Shown here piece after piece: positions 49,751 to 59,933 of a stretch of DNA of 64,000 bases (its first letter is position 1; every line of letters begins with the position of its first letter). This DNA is from Macrostomum hystrix (Eukaryota > Animalia > Platyhelminthes), in contig CATNEN010000029.1 of NCBI GenBank assembly GCA_950097015.1, positions 8,246,001 to 8,310,000 on the forward strand, in the 5' to 3' direction. A program made the position numbers and the translations under genes. The notes below the pieces were generated by a model. The model searched no databases and was not told where the DNA came from. It saw only the letters and a list, made by a program, of their open reading frames with translations.

Positions 49751-51379
49751 ATTGCTCTGTAAGAAACTCGATGGTGAATCCATAGATCAATAATAGAATA
49801 ATGAGCAATATAATAATTTTAGACCGTGTTCTTCAGTTTCATGGGGATTGGTTAAATATTTAGGATGAAGAAAAAAAGAATAAATGCGGGAATTGAAATA
49901 CCAGTGTCTTTCTACTCTTAGGAGAAATCAGGCAATCAGAGATCTTACGGTTCATTTCCGGCATAGCTGAGCGGGCTTCCTTGTTGTCGTCGCAATTTCG
50001 AGAGCGTCTGGTGCTGGCGCTTGAGCCAATTCTCAAAGGTTATGGACGATCATTGATCTTGGCACCGGAACGCCATCTTGGTGGCCGTTCTCTAGGTTGT
50101 CCCCATCCTTGGCTAATTTATCGACGAACTGATTGTCGAGGATGTCGCCGTGACCGGGCGCCTAGAGCAGGTTGACCATATGATGGATAGCGAAACAAAA
50201 AATATGCAAGTTTATCCTAGAAGTTTCTTAGAAAATTACAGAACATATTTCATCTGGCATTGACAGTAGAACCACCAGTGGGGGTTTTCCCCGTTGACAA
50301 TTGCAGACAATTTCTTGTGCTGCATCCGAACGGAGCAACGCAAGCACATGAAACTCAAGAACACGATCTTGAAACAACAATCAATTCGGCAGCTCTACAG
50401 ACCGTCAAGATATTCAATGTTCTGGCAAAAGGTCAGATTTTTCCAACAAACGCTAGTGTATTTCATACACCCATGTACACGAATTAGCACTGCGCCACAG
50501 TGCGGCCTTGCCAGGCCTTCAAAATTTATCAGCTTGTCATCCAAATGTGCCTGAACGAACCTGGAGAGTGACAGCTTAATGACGCGCTGTCGGATTAAAA
50601 AATACTTTAATTTCTACGTAAGTTGATCACTAATCAATGATACATGTGGAATAACAAGCTAGAAATATGAAACTTCATGGTCCCATAATGATGACATTTG
50701 TTGACTTGTTTACTTGAATGATACTATAATTAAACTGTCTAAATGTTGACGAAACTGCAACATAATACGTAGCCACCCAGTCATTGTGGCGTTGTCGAAC
50801 CACGTGAGCGAACCGCGACTGCAAAGTAAAAAAGCTTCATATAGTTTTTTTTGCATTTCGTTTCTTTCAGAATCGGCAGACAAACAAAATTGCACAATGG
50901 CCATACAAATGCGGAGGAGTCACATCGAGCTGCAAATTCTAGTGCCTCTGTATAGATAATGTGTTAAGTTTAATGCCTTCACAAATAATAAGAAATAGAT
51001 TGACCTACTTCAGGTTAAAAGGCTTATTGCTATGCAGAGTTTATGCTTATATGCTTTACTGTCCTCCGCAAAAAGATGATGAAATACTCGTATAGTCGCG
51101 TGAATGGATTAAAATGTGCAGGCTAAAGCGTTTAAAGCAGTTTAATTCACGAAAACAGCGGCTGCAAGCAGTGCGTAAATAAGAATTCGCCCGACGCACC
51201 GGATTACTCAGCGAGATTGCGAAGTTTACTTTACTCGCTGGCTACAAATTATTTAACTATTTGCGCATTTAAAGATTTCTAAATTGCGTGAACGACTGTT
51301 CCCCTTTGAGACGTCTTATATTGGAAATTATACACCTTAAGTTAATTTATTTTCCTCGATTATTCACAAATAAAAATTT

Positions 51380-52055
51380 GCTATACGCTAATCGCTATAC
51401 GCTAATCGCTATACGCTAATCGCTATACGCTAATCGCTATACGCTAATCGCTATACGCTAATCGCTATACGCTAATCGCTATACGCTAATCGCTATACGC
51501 TAATCGCTATACGCTAATCGCTATACGCTAATCGCTATACGCTAATCGCTATACGCTAATCGCTATACGCTAATCGCTATACGCTAATCGCTATACGCTA
51601 ATCGCTATACGCTAATCGCTATACGCTAATCGCTATACGCTAATCGCTATACGCTAATCGCTATACGCTAATCGCTATACGCTAATCGCTATACGCTAAT
51701 CGCTATACGCTAATCGCTATACGCTAATCGCTATACGCTAATCGCTATACGCTAATCGCTATACGCTAATCGCTATACGCTAATCGCTATACGCTAATCG
51801 CTATACGCTAATCGCTATACGCTAATCGCTATACGCTAATCGCTATACGCTAATCGCTATACGCTAATCGCTATACGCTAATCGCTATACGCTAATCGCT
51901 ATACGCTAATCGCTATACGCTAATCGCTATACGCTAATCGCTATACGCTAATCGCTATACGCTAATCGCTATACGCTAATCGCTATACGCTAATCGCTAT
52001 ACGCTAATCGCTATACGCTAATCGCTATACGCTAATCGCTATACGCTAATCGCTA
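51380..52055. repeat. 14-bp perfect tandem repeat (GCTATACGCTAATC), ~48 copies
   Basis: No variant units were seen. Confidence 0.97.
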
Positions 52056-52920
52056 TTATATAGTTAAGTTAATTACGAGTAAGCCGTTACTTTGAAAGAA
52101 AGGTTCACATGTTTTTAAGTCATAAGTCAAACCAAGAAAAATGTAGATTTTTCCGAAGCTTTCGCTACATTTCTGAATGAATTTGTTCAACAGTTTTTCA
52201 TACTAATTGAGAATAGGTCAAAATTTCAAGTATATTAGCAAAATATAAAATCACAAAAGATGTGCTTGCTGATAATAACCATATAACTATATAATCATTG
52301 ATTATGCGATATTATGCGAAAACGGGATACACATGCTTGCACGGTGAGACTACATATTGCACTAATAATAGTAAAATTAAATAATAAATACCTGTTATAA
52401 GAAGCATAAAAACATATGTATTACCAGTATAATATTAAAAAATCGAATATGAACACAAAACTATATCAGTAACCACGTAACTAACCGACTACGCGTAGAA
52501 ATTAGAAAACGAGTTGATAATTTTGCACCTGCAGACACTAACTAGCCCCTATTATAAAATAGAAGTCTTCGTTGACCTTCAATCTAAAAAACATTGCCGA
52601 TAATTTTCAAACAGAGAATTTACAAAATTGACTTTGAGAGCAGTTTACAATTGAATGTAATAATTAATTAGTGAATACATACATTATCAGGAATCAGGTA
52701 GGAATGGGTCAAGTTATTAGAAATATTATCTAGCAAGTTAAAGGTAATATAATATAATTGGATACTCAAATCTTTAATAACATTCGCTATACTACTTCCA
52801 AGCCACATAGGTAGGTGGTTATATATTGATTAAATAATGCAAGGTATTTATTTATCGATCATTGTTTTTGGTGTACTTGCATTATTGTGAGAATGAATCT
52901 TTTGACATACCCCCCTGTGG

Positions 52921-53632
52921 CAGGGCTTGGCAAACTTATTAGCGTGCGGGCCACGGAGAGAACCTAAAAGACGACAGCGGGCCGCAGTGCCTTATGAGAA
53001 AGGGGAGAGATAAGTCACATGATAGATAAGACAGGGGAGAGATAAGACAGGGGAGATGAGACACTGGAGAGATGAGACATGGGAGATTAGACAGGAGAGA
53101 GATGAGACACGGGAGAGATGAGACACGGGAGAGATGAGACACGGGAGAGATGAGACACGATAGATAAGACTGGCCGGAGAGATAAGACAGAGGAGATGAG
53201 ACACAGAAGAGGCACAGGAGAGATGAGACACGGGAGAGATGAGACACGGGAGAGATGAGACACGGGAGAGATGAGACACGGGAGAGATGAGACTGGCCGG
53301 AGAGATAAGACAGAGGAGATGAGACACAGAAGAGGCACAGGAGAGATGAGACACGGGAGAGATGAGACACGGGAGAGATGAGACACGGGAGAGATGAGAC
53401 ACGGGAGAGATGAGACACGGGAGAGATAAGACAGGAGAGATGAGACAGGGTAGAGATGTGCCACGGGAGAGATAAGACAGGAGAGATGAGACAGGGTAGA
53501 GATGTGCCACGGGAGAGATAAGACAGGAGAGATGAGAATCTCGATCTCCAATTGAGAGAAAGATGAGACAGGATAATATAGGTGTTGGAAGGGGCCGCAT
53601 CAGGCCCGCGGGCCGGAGTTTGCCGACCCCTG
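52921..53632. mobile_element. Non-autonomous hAT (Charlie-like) element with an internal minisatellite
   Basis: TIRs CAGGGCTTGGCAAACT and AGTTTGCCGACCCCTG; perfect 8-bp TSD CCCTGTGG (52913-52920, 53633-53640); subterminal GCGGGCC motifs; internal GAGATGAGACACGGGA array at ~53020-53560. Confidence 0.9.
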
Positions 53633-53712
53633 CCCTGTGGTCTTTCCGCAGGGGAGACGATAGCGTGATATTTTTACTGTTAAGCCTTATCAACCAAGCT
53701 CTGCACTGTGGC

Positions 53713-54141
53713 TCACTCCAATGTAGACAGCATCATCAGCTGGCGCAGCACTTTGGTCTGGCTGGTCTCTCTGATCTCACCGGCTAAAAACATCTCGTCA
53801 ACCACAGTGTAGACCTTGTAGAAATTGAACACCAGATCCAGCTCGCACACATTCTGAAAGTATTCGTTCAGCACTTCAACAAAATTGTGAATAGCCTCCA
53901 GGTACATCAGATTATTGTCGCCGATGTCTACGCAGATGCAAAAGTACAGGCCGGCGTAACGGCGATAGACGATCTTATAATTGCGAAACTCCACAAAGTT
54001 GGTGTGCTTGGCGTCGCGAACTGTGACTGTGGCGTGCACCTCCTCGATGAGCTTCTGCTTCTCTTCGTCGGCAAACTCCATGTACCATTTAGCTAGGCGG
54101 GTCTTGCCCGCGCGGTTCTGGATCAGGATGAAGCGAATCAT
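53713..54141 (-). CDS. AP2S1: AP-2 complex subunit sigma (142 aa, intronless CDS)
   Basis: [20 protein letters not shown]...[35 protein letters not shown] is the recognisable AP2S1 sequence at the canonical length from the ATG at 54141. Confidence 0.96.
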   Translation of the reverse strand: MIRFILIQNRAGKTRLAKWYMEFADEEKQKLIEEVHATVTVRDAKHTNFVEFRNYKIVYRRYAGLYFCICVDIGDNNLMYLEAIHNFVEVLNEYFQNVCELDLVFNFYKVYTVVDEMFLAGEIRETSQTKVLRQLMMLSTLE

Positions 54142-54264
54142 GTCTGCGCTGAAACTGAAGCCAGGGCCCACCTTTTGTTAACAGAGAGCTACTCGCGACC
54201 GGTTCACGAGCTTCTGTGCCTTTTCCTAAACTGTCTTCATCTCAATCTAGGCTACTTCTAGCCT

Positions 54265-55400
54265 AGTAGAAGGGTGGTAGATGTTAGAAGGGTAGTAGAA
54301 GGTAGAAGGCTGGTAGATGTTAGAAGGGTAGTAGAAGGTAGAAGGCTGGTAGATGTTAGAAGGGTAGTAGAAGGTAGAAGGCTGGTAGATGTTAGAAGGG
54401 TGGTAGAAGGTAGAAGGGTGGTAGAAGGGTGGTAGAAGGTAGAAGGGTGGTAGAAGGTAGAAGGGTGGTAGAAGGTAGAAGGGTGGTAGAAGGTAGAAGG
54501 GTGGTAGAAGGGTGGTAGAAGGTAGAAGGGAGATAGAAGGTAGAAGGGTGGTAGAAGGTAGAAGGGTGGTAGAAGGGTGGTAGAAGGTAGAAGGGTAGTA
54601 GAAGGTAGAAGGGTGGTAGAAGGGTGGTAGAAGGGTGGTAGAAGGTAGAAGGGTGGTAGAAGGTAGAAGGGTGGTAGAAGGTAGAAGGGTGGTAGAAGGT
54701 AGAAGGGTGGTAGAAGGTAGAAGGGTGGTAGAAGGGTGGTAGAAGGTAGAAGGGAGATAGAAGGTAGAAGGGTGGTAGAAGGTAGAAGGGTGGTAGAAGG
54801 GTGGTAGAAGGGTGGTAGAAGGTAGAAGGGTAGTAGAAGGTAGAAGGGTGGTAGAAGGGTGGTAGAAGGGTGGTAGAAGGTAGAAGGGTGGTAGAAGGTA
54901 GAAGGGTGGTAGAAGGTAGAAGGGTGGTAGAAGGTAGAAGGGTGGTAGAAGGTAGAAGGGTGGTAGAAGGTAGAAGGGTGGTAGAAGGTAGAAGGGTGGT
55001 AGAAGGTAGAAGGGTGGTAGAAGGTAGAAGGGTGGTAGAAGGGTGGTAGAAGGTAGAAGGGTGGTAGAAGGGTGGTAGAAGGTAGAAGGGTGGTAGAAGG
55101 GTGGTAGAAGGTAGAAGGGTGGTAGAAGGGTGGTAGAAGGTAGAAGGGTGGTAGAAGGGTGGTAGGCTACTTCTACCACCCTGTCTAGTTCTTACAACCT
55201 GTCTACTTCTCCTAACATGGCTACTTCTCCCACCCTGTCTACTCCCCCATCCTGTCTACTTCTACCACCCTGTCTACTTCTTCCACCCTGTCTACACCTC
55301 CCTCTGGCTATAAGTCTCTTAAGAAGTCTCTTAAGAGACTTAAGTCTCTTAAGTCTCTTCTACCACCCTGTCTACTTCTTCCACCCTGTCTACACCTCTC
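54265..55400. repeat. GGGTGGTAGAAGGTAGAA array (54265-55165) abutting an inverted CTACTTCTACCACCCTGT block (55167-55400)
   Basis: Tandem units, with the orientation switch visible at GGGTGGTAGGCTACTTCTACCACCC. Confidence 0.9.
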
Positions 55401-55868
55401 TCTGGCGAAGTCTCTTAAGCTCGACTTATTTCCTGTGCCTACTTCTCCCCTTCTCCCTGGCTGATAGTAGCCAAGAGAAAAAAGCAAGTAGACTTCGCTG
55501 AACTCATATAGGTTTTGAAGTTCACGATGCTATTTCTTTGTCGCTTTGTCTAGTCAGAACGGCATAACAAAGAAAGTCATATGTGGATCAGTAGTTACGA
55601 GCTACTTAAGGTAGAGAGAACGGAATCTTATAGTGAAAAAAGCAAAGAAATATTTGCCAGTAAACGGAGAAAATGACAATTATTACAGCTGATAGTAAGT
55701 AAATGGTGATTGAAAGTATACAAACCTTCACCGATTGCTTGTCCTGGAAACAAAGAATAAACGCAATCAGTTTTTAATGAGTCGAAAGTTCTCTCACACA
55801 TATCTACTTCTCTACCGACCTAACATATACATATATTTACTCGCCAGCTAACAAAACGAGCGAAAGCC

Positions 55869-57339
55869 TCAGACATGCTTATCGTAAAATTTTCGCACAA
55901 TAACATTAGGCCTCAGCTTGCTGCTAATACCCTGCGCCTCCGCCCAGCGTTTAAACTCGGCGGTTCGTTCTGCGTTCAACTGGACGGCCTTCTCGCGCAG
56001 CCGTTTAATCTCCTCATCGTTGGCGGCAGGCTGCGATTGGCCAGCGGTCAGCGGTTTCTTGCCCTTCTGGCCGGCGGTGCGCTCAGCGAATAGCAGGCTG
56101 TACCAGCTGAAGCGGCCCATAGCTGGCATGCCGTGCCGCTTGGCGAAGTTCAGCATCTTGCGGCGCTTCTTGGCTGCCTCGGCCGCAGCTGCGTCGGCGC
56201 CAGGAGACGAGGCGGTGTTGCCCGACTGCGACTTCAGGGCGGCGGCCTGATGAGTGAAAATTGGGGAGTGACGGAGTGAGGGAAGCTCACGGGAAGAGTG
56301 ACACGATCCGTGAGGGTGATGGGAGGAGTGACACGATCCGTGAGAGTGCCGGGAAGAGTGACACAATCCGTGAGGGTGACGGGAAGAGTGACATGATCCG
56401 TGAGAGTGACGGGAAGAGTGACACGATCCGTGAGAGTGCCGGGAAGAGTGACACAATCCGTGAGGGTGACGGAAAGAGTGACACGATCCGTGGGAGTGAC
56501 GGAAAGAGTGACACGATCCGTATGAGTGACGGGATGACGGGACGAGTGACACGATCCGTTAAAGTGACGGGAAGAGTGACACGATCCGTGAGGGTGACAG
56601 GAAGAGTGACACGATCCGTGAGGGTGAGGGGAGGAGTGACACGATCCGTGAAAGTGACGGGACGAGTGACACGATCCGTGAAAGTGACGGGAAGAGTGAC
56701 ACGATCCGTGAGGGTGACAGGAAGAGTGACACGATCCGTGAGAGTGACGGGAAGAGTGACACGATCCGTATGAGTGACGGGATGACAGGAAGAGTGACCC
56801 GATCCGTATGAGTGTCGGGATGACAGGAAGAGTGACCCGATCCGTTAGGGTGATGGGAGGAGTGACACGATCCGTGAGACTGACGGGAAGAGTGACACGA
56901 TCCACGCGAGTGACGGGAAGTGTGACATGACCCGCGCAAGTAGCCGAAATATTTTCCACGCAATGTTGCAGCTTGCCAAATAAAGAATAGAAACCCGAAA
57001 TACCTCCTGTTTGAGCTTGGCCTTCTCAGCTTCGTCCAGCTGTTTATAAAGCCGGCCCAGCTCGGCAATGGTGGCCTTCGGAGCCAAGCCGGGATTCTCA
57101 GCTCTCACTTTGGCAAAGTTAGATTTCACGAACAGCGAATAGGCGTTGAGAAGCTTGGCCGGCTTGCCAGGCTGCTCCTGAGATGACAGACCCTTTGAAG
57201 AGGCCAGCAGCAGCGGATGCGTCAGCGGAGGCTTCTCGTACAGCTGCCAACAGATGTTGGCCACTGAGCGGCTCTGGCAGCGGGCGACAGCGCGAAGTCC
57301 GCTAGCCGCCAAGGCAATGGAATTGAATAGCGAGCCAGC
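55869..57339 (-). CDS. HMG-box protein, TFAM-like (mitochondrial); exons 57339-57004 and 56246-55869; initiation codon not found in the genome
   Basis: HMG box PGKPAKLLNAYSLFVKSNFAKVRAENPGLAPKATIAELGRLYKQLDEAEKAKL; second box-like HGMPAMGRFSWYSLLFAER; Arg/Ser/Ala-rich N-terminus without acidic residues; phase-0 intron GAG|GTATTT ... CATCAG|GCC. The TFAM assignment is inference. Confidence 0.75.
56265..56930. repeat. 30-bp minisatellite (GGGAAGAGTGACACGATCCGTGAGAGTGAC), HMG gene intron
   Basis: Tandem units of the same family as 58840-59586. Confidence 0.93.
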
Positions 57340-57430
57340 CTGAAATTGTGGGGACAGATGGGAATTGGGATTTCACCTGAATGGGATTTTAACGAATTAT
57401 CAACGCTGCCTAGCTAGCTAGATAACTTAG

Positions 57431-57503
57431 GAGAGCTTGTAACACAGTGGTTAGAGCTTCTGACTTCTGAGAGAGAGGTCTGGAGTTCGAATCTCAGCAC
57501 AAG
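57431..57503 (+). pseudogene. tRNA-Arg(UCU)-like pseudogene or SINE head
   Basis: AGTGGTTAGAGCTTCTGACTTCTGAGAGAGAGGTCTGGAGTTCGAATCTCAGC; a homolog of 44001-44072. Confidence 0.55.
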
Positions 57504-57532
57504 AGAAATAATCTGGGTAAGGGGGGTGGGGA

Positions 57533-57830
57533 GTGGCAGTGCGGTTTAACGCGTTTGCCTTTCGCACAAAGGTCCCTGAGCTCGATTCCGCGGCGAGGCC
57601 ACATTTAACTGGGGCTTGTCATGCAATTTACGCTTTTGAGGGCCAACCTACAAGGCACAGTGGGAGTGTACACTGCCTGACGATGAGAAAGATGTACACA
57701 CCTGTGTGAGTGTATGCCTGCGTACGGTATGTGTGCGAGTGTGCTCAGGAGCCAGCTGGCTGCTGGCTGCGGGTCTAGTGTCTACAAATCGTGTGTCATT
57801 GCCCGCAGCCCTCCTGAAATTATTATTAGC
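57533..57830 (+). mobile_element. tRNA-derived SINE, copy 6
   Basis: Head GTGGCAGTGCGGTTTAACGCG...GAGCTCGATTCC, core with deletions, tail TGAAATTATTATTAG. Confidence 0.8.
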
Positions 57831-58541
57831 TTGTCTGTGAGCAAGATCAGCTGGGGTAGAAATTTAAGCGCGTGTGGCGGCCTCCTTAGTCCACGGACTG
57901 AACAGCTGTGCACAGCCTTTTGGAAGCGCTGCGATGGGTCATAGATGTGGCTATCTATCTGTACTATCTATATTTAGGGTAGACTCTCTACATACTAAGT
58001 GTCAGAAGGGTTAACAGTGCTTAACTGGCCTAGACAAGCAGAAAAAAATCAAAGTTACTTTTAAAGTAATGAGACGGAAAAGTTTATACTCTGAATTTAA
58101 AAAATTCAGAGTATAATCGAATGTGAAGTATCAGTAGATTTATAATCAAAATTCTGTCAAGAAGGCTAAAAATGAGGAAAGAATATTATTTCATATTGTA
58201 GCAGCTTACTCACTGAAATTTCTTCTAGACAAGTTTGAAATGTAGAAAGTGTCAGGTAGAGTATAAAATACATAAAAATAATGTCTAATCATTCTTTACA
58301 AAACAGACCAAGCAGCATTTGAGATCGCAGCTCAGTTGTAAGACGGGAACCAAATGATTTGGCAATAAAACAAGTAAATAGAACGCGTAGAAAGTTATTT
58401 TTAGACCTGAGGCATTACGGGCCAGAATGGCATCATATTGCTACTGAAGAGTAGTGCGTTGAGAATATTTTGATTCTATTTAATCAAATAAGGCGCAAAA
58501 GTGAACGAATAAACAAAAATTGTCTGCACAATTTAAGTCTC

Positions 58542-59894
58542 TTTTATTTAAGTTAAACGACAGACATCGAAATCGAAATTTCACAGTAAATATCGAAATA
58601 GAAAGCAGCCGTTATCGAAATTCTAAAATTTATTAACGCGTTAGGAATCTTAGAAATGTAGAGTTTTAAATCCTTTGGAATTGAAAATCAACTACACGAT
58701 GTGCGACAGAAAACATAAAAAAATGGACAGAAAAACATCTCCTAAAGTTGTAAAATATTCTCGTCAAAAAAATCTGTCATAAAAATATCTTTATCGATAT
58801 TGAAATCTCACAATCGACATGATAGGACGATGGTGACCTCACGATCCGTGAGGGTGACAGGAAGAGTGACACGATCCGTGAGAGTGACGGGAAGAGTGAC
58901 ACGATCCGTATGAGTGACGGGATGACAGGAAGAGTGATCCGATCCGTGAGAGTGACGGGAAGAGTGACACAATCCGTATGAGTGACGGGATGACAGGAAG
59001 AGTGATCCGATCCGTGAGAGTGACGGGAAGAGTGACACAATCCGTATGAGTGACGGGATGACAGGAAGAGTGATCCGATCCGTGAGAGTGACGGGAAGAG
59101 TGACACAATCCGTATGAGTGACGGGATGACAGGAAGAGTGATCCGATCCGTGAGAGTGATGGGAGGAGTGACACGATCCGTTAGGGTGATGGGAGGAGTG
59201 ACACGATCCGTGAGGGTGACGGGAAGAGTGACACGATCCGTGAGGGTGACAGGAAGAGTGACACGATCCGTATGAGTGACGGGATGACAGGAAGAGTGAT
59301 CCGATCCGTGAGAGTGACGGGAAGAGTGACACGATCCGTATGAGTGACGGGATGACAGGAAGAGTGATCCGATCCGTGAGAGTGATGGGAGGAGTGACAC
59401 GATCCGTGAGGGTGACAGGAAGAGTGACACGATCCGTGAGGGTGACGGGAAGAGTGACACGATCCGTGAGGGTGACAGGAAGTGTGACACGATCCGTGAG
59501 AGTGATGGGAGGAGTGACACGATCCGTGAGAGTGATGGGAGGAGTGACACGATCCGTGAGGGTGACAGGAAGAGTGACACGATCCGATTTTTTTTTATTT
59601 AAGTTAAACGACAGACATCGAAATCGAAATTTCACAGTAAATATCGAAATAGAAAGCAGCCGTTATCGAAATTCTAAAATTTATTAACGCGTTAGGAATC
59701 TTAGAAATGTAGAGTTTTAAATAATTTGGAATTGAAAATCAACTACACGATGTGCGACAGAAAACATTAAAAATGGACAGAAAAACATCTCCTAAAGTTG
59801 TAAAATATTCTCATCGAAAAAAAATCTGTCAAAAATATCTTTATCGATATTGAAATCTCACAATCGACATGATGGGACGATGGTGACCTCACGA
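58542..59894. repeat. ~300-bp direct duplication (58542-58844 and 59593-59894) flanking a 30-bp minisatellite (58840-59586)
   Basis: Both copies run from TTTTATTTAAGTTAAACGACAGACATCG to GGTGACCTCACGA with few substitutions. Confidence 0.92.
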
Positions 59895-59933
59895 ATTTAT
59901 CAATTAACAACGGCTCAGTTCCTGAAGCATCTT

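Noticed and set aside
49981-50904. Short ORFs at 49.98-50.9 kb as genes or transposase remnants
   Set aside because: Translation in the frames checked gave no recognisable motifs or consistent splice structure.
54142-54171. N-terminal extension of AP2S1 (ORF-track start at GTG 54171)
   Set aside because: Canonical AP2S1 begins [10 protein letters not shown] at ATG 54141. The extension would matter only if an SL is spliced at 54171, which is unproven.
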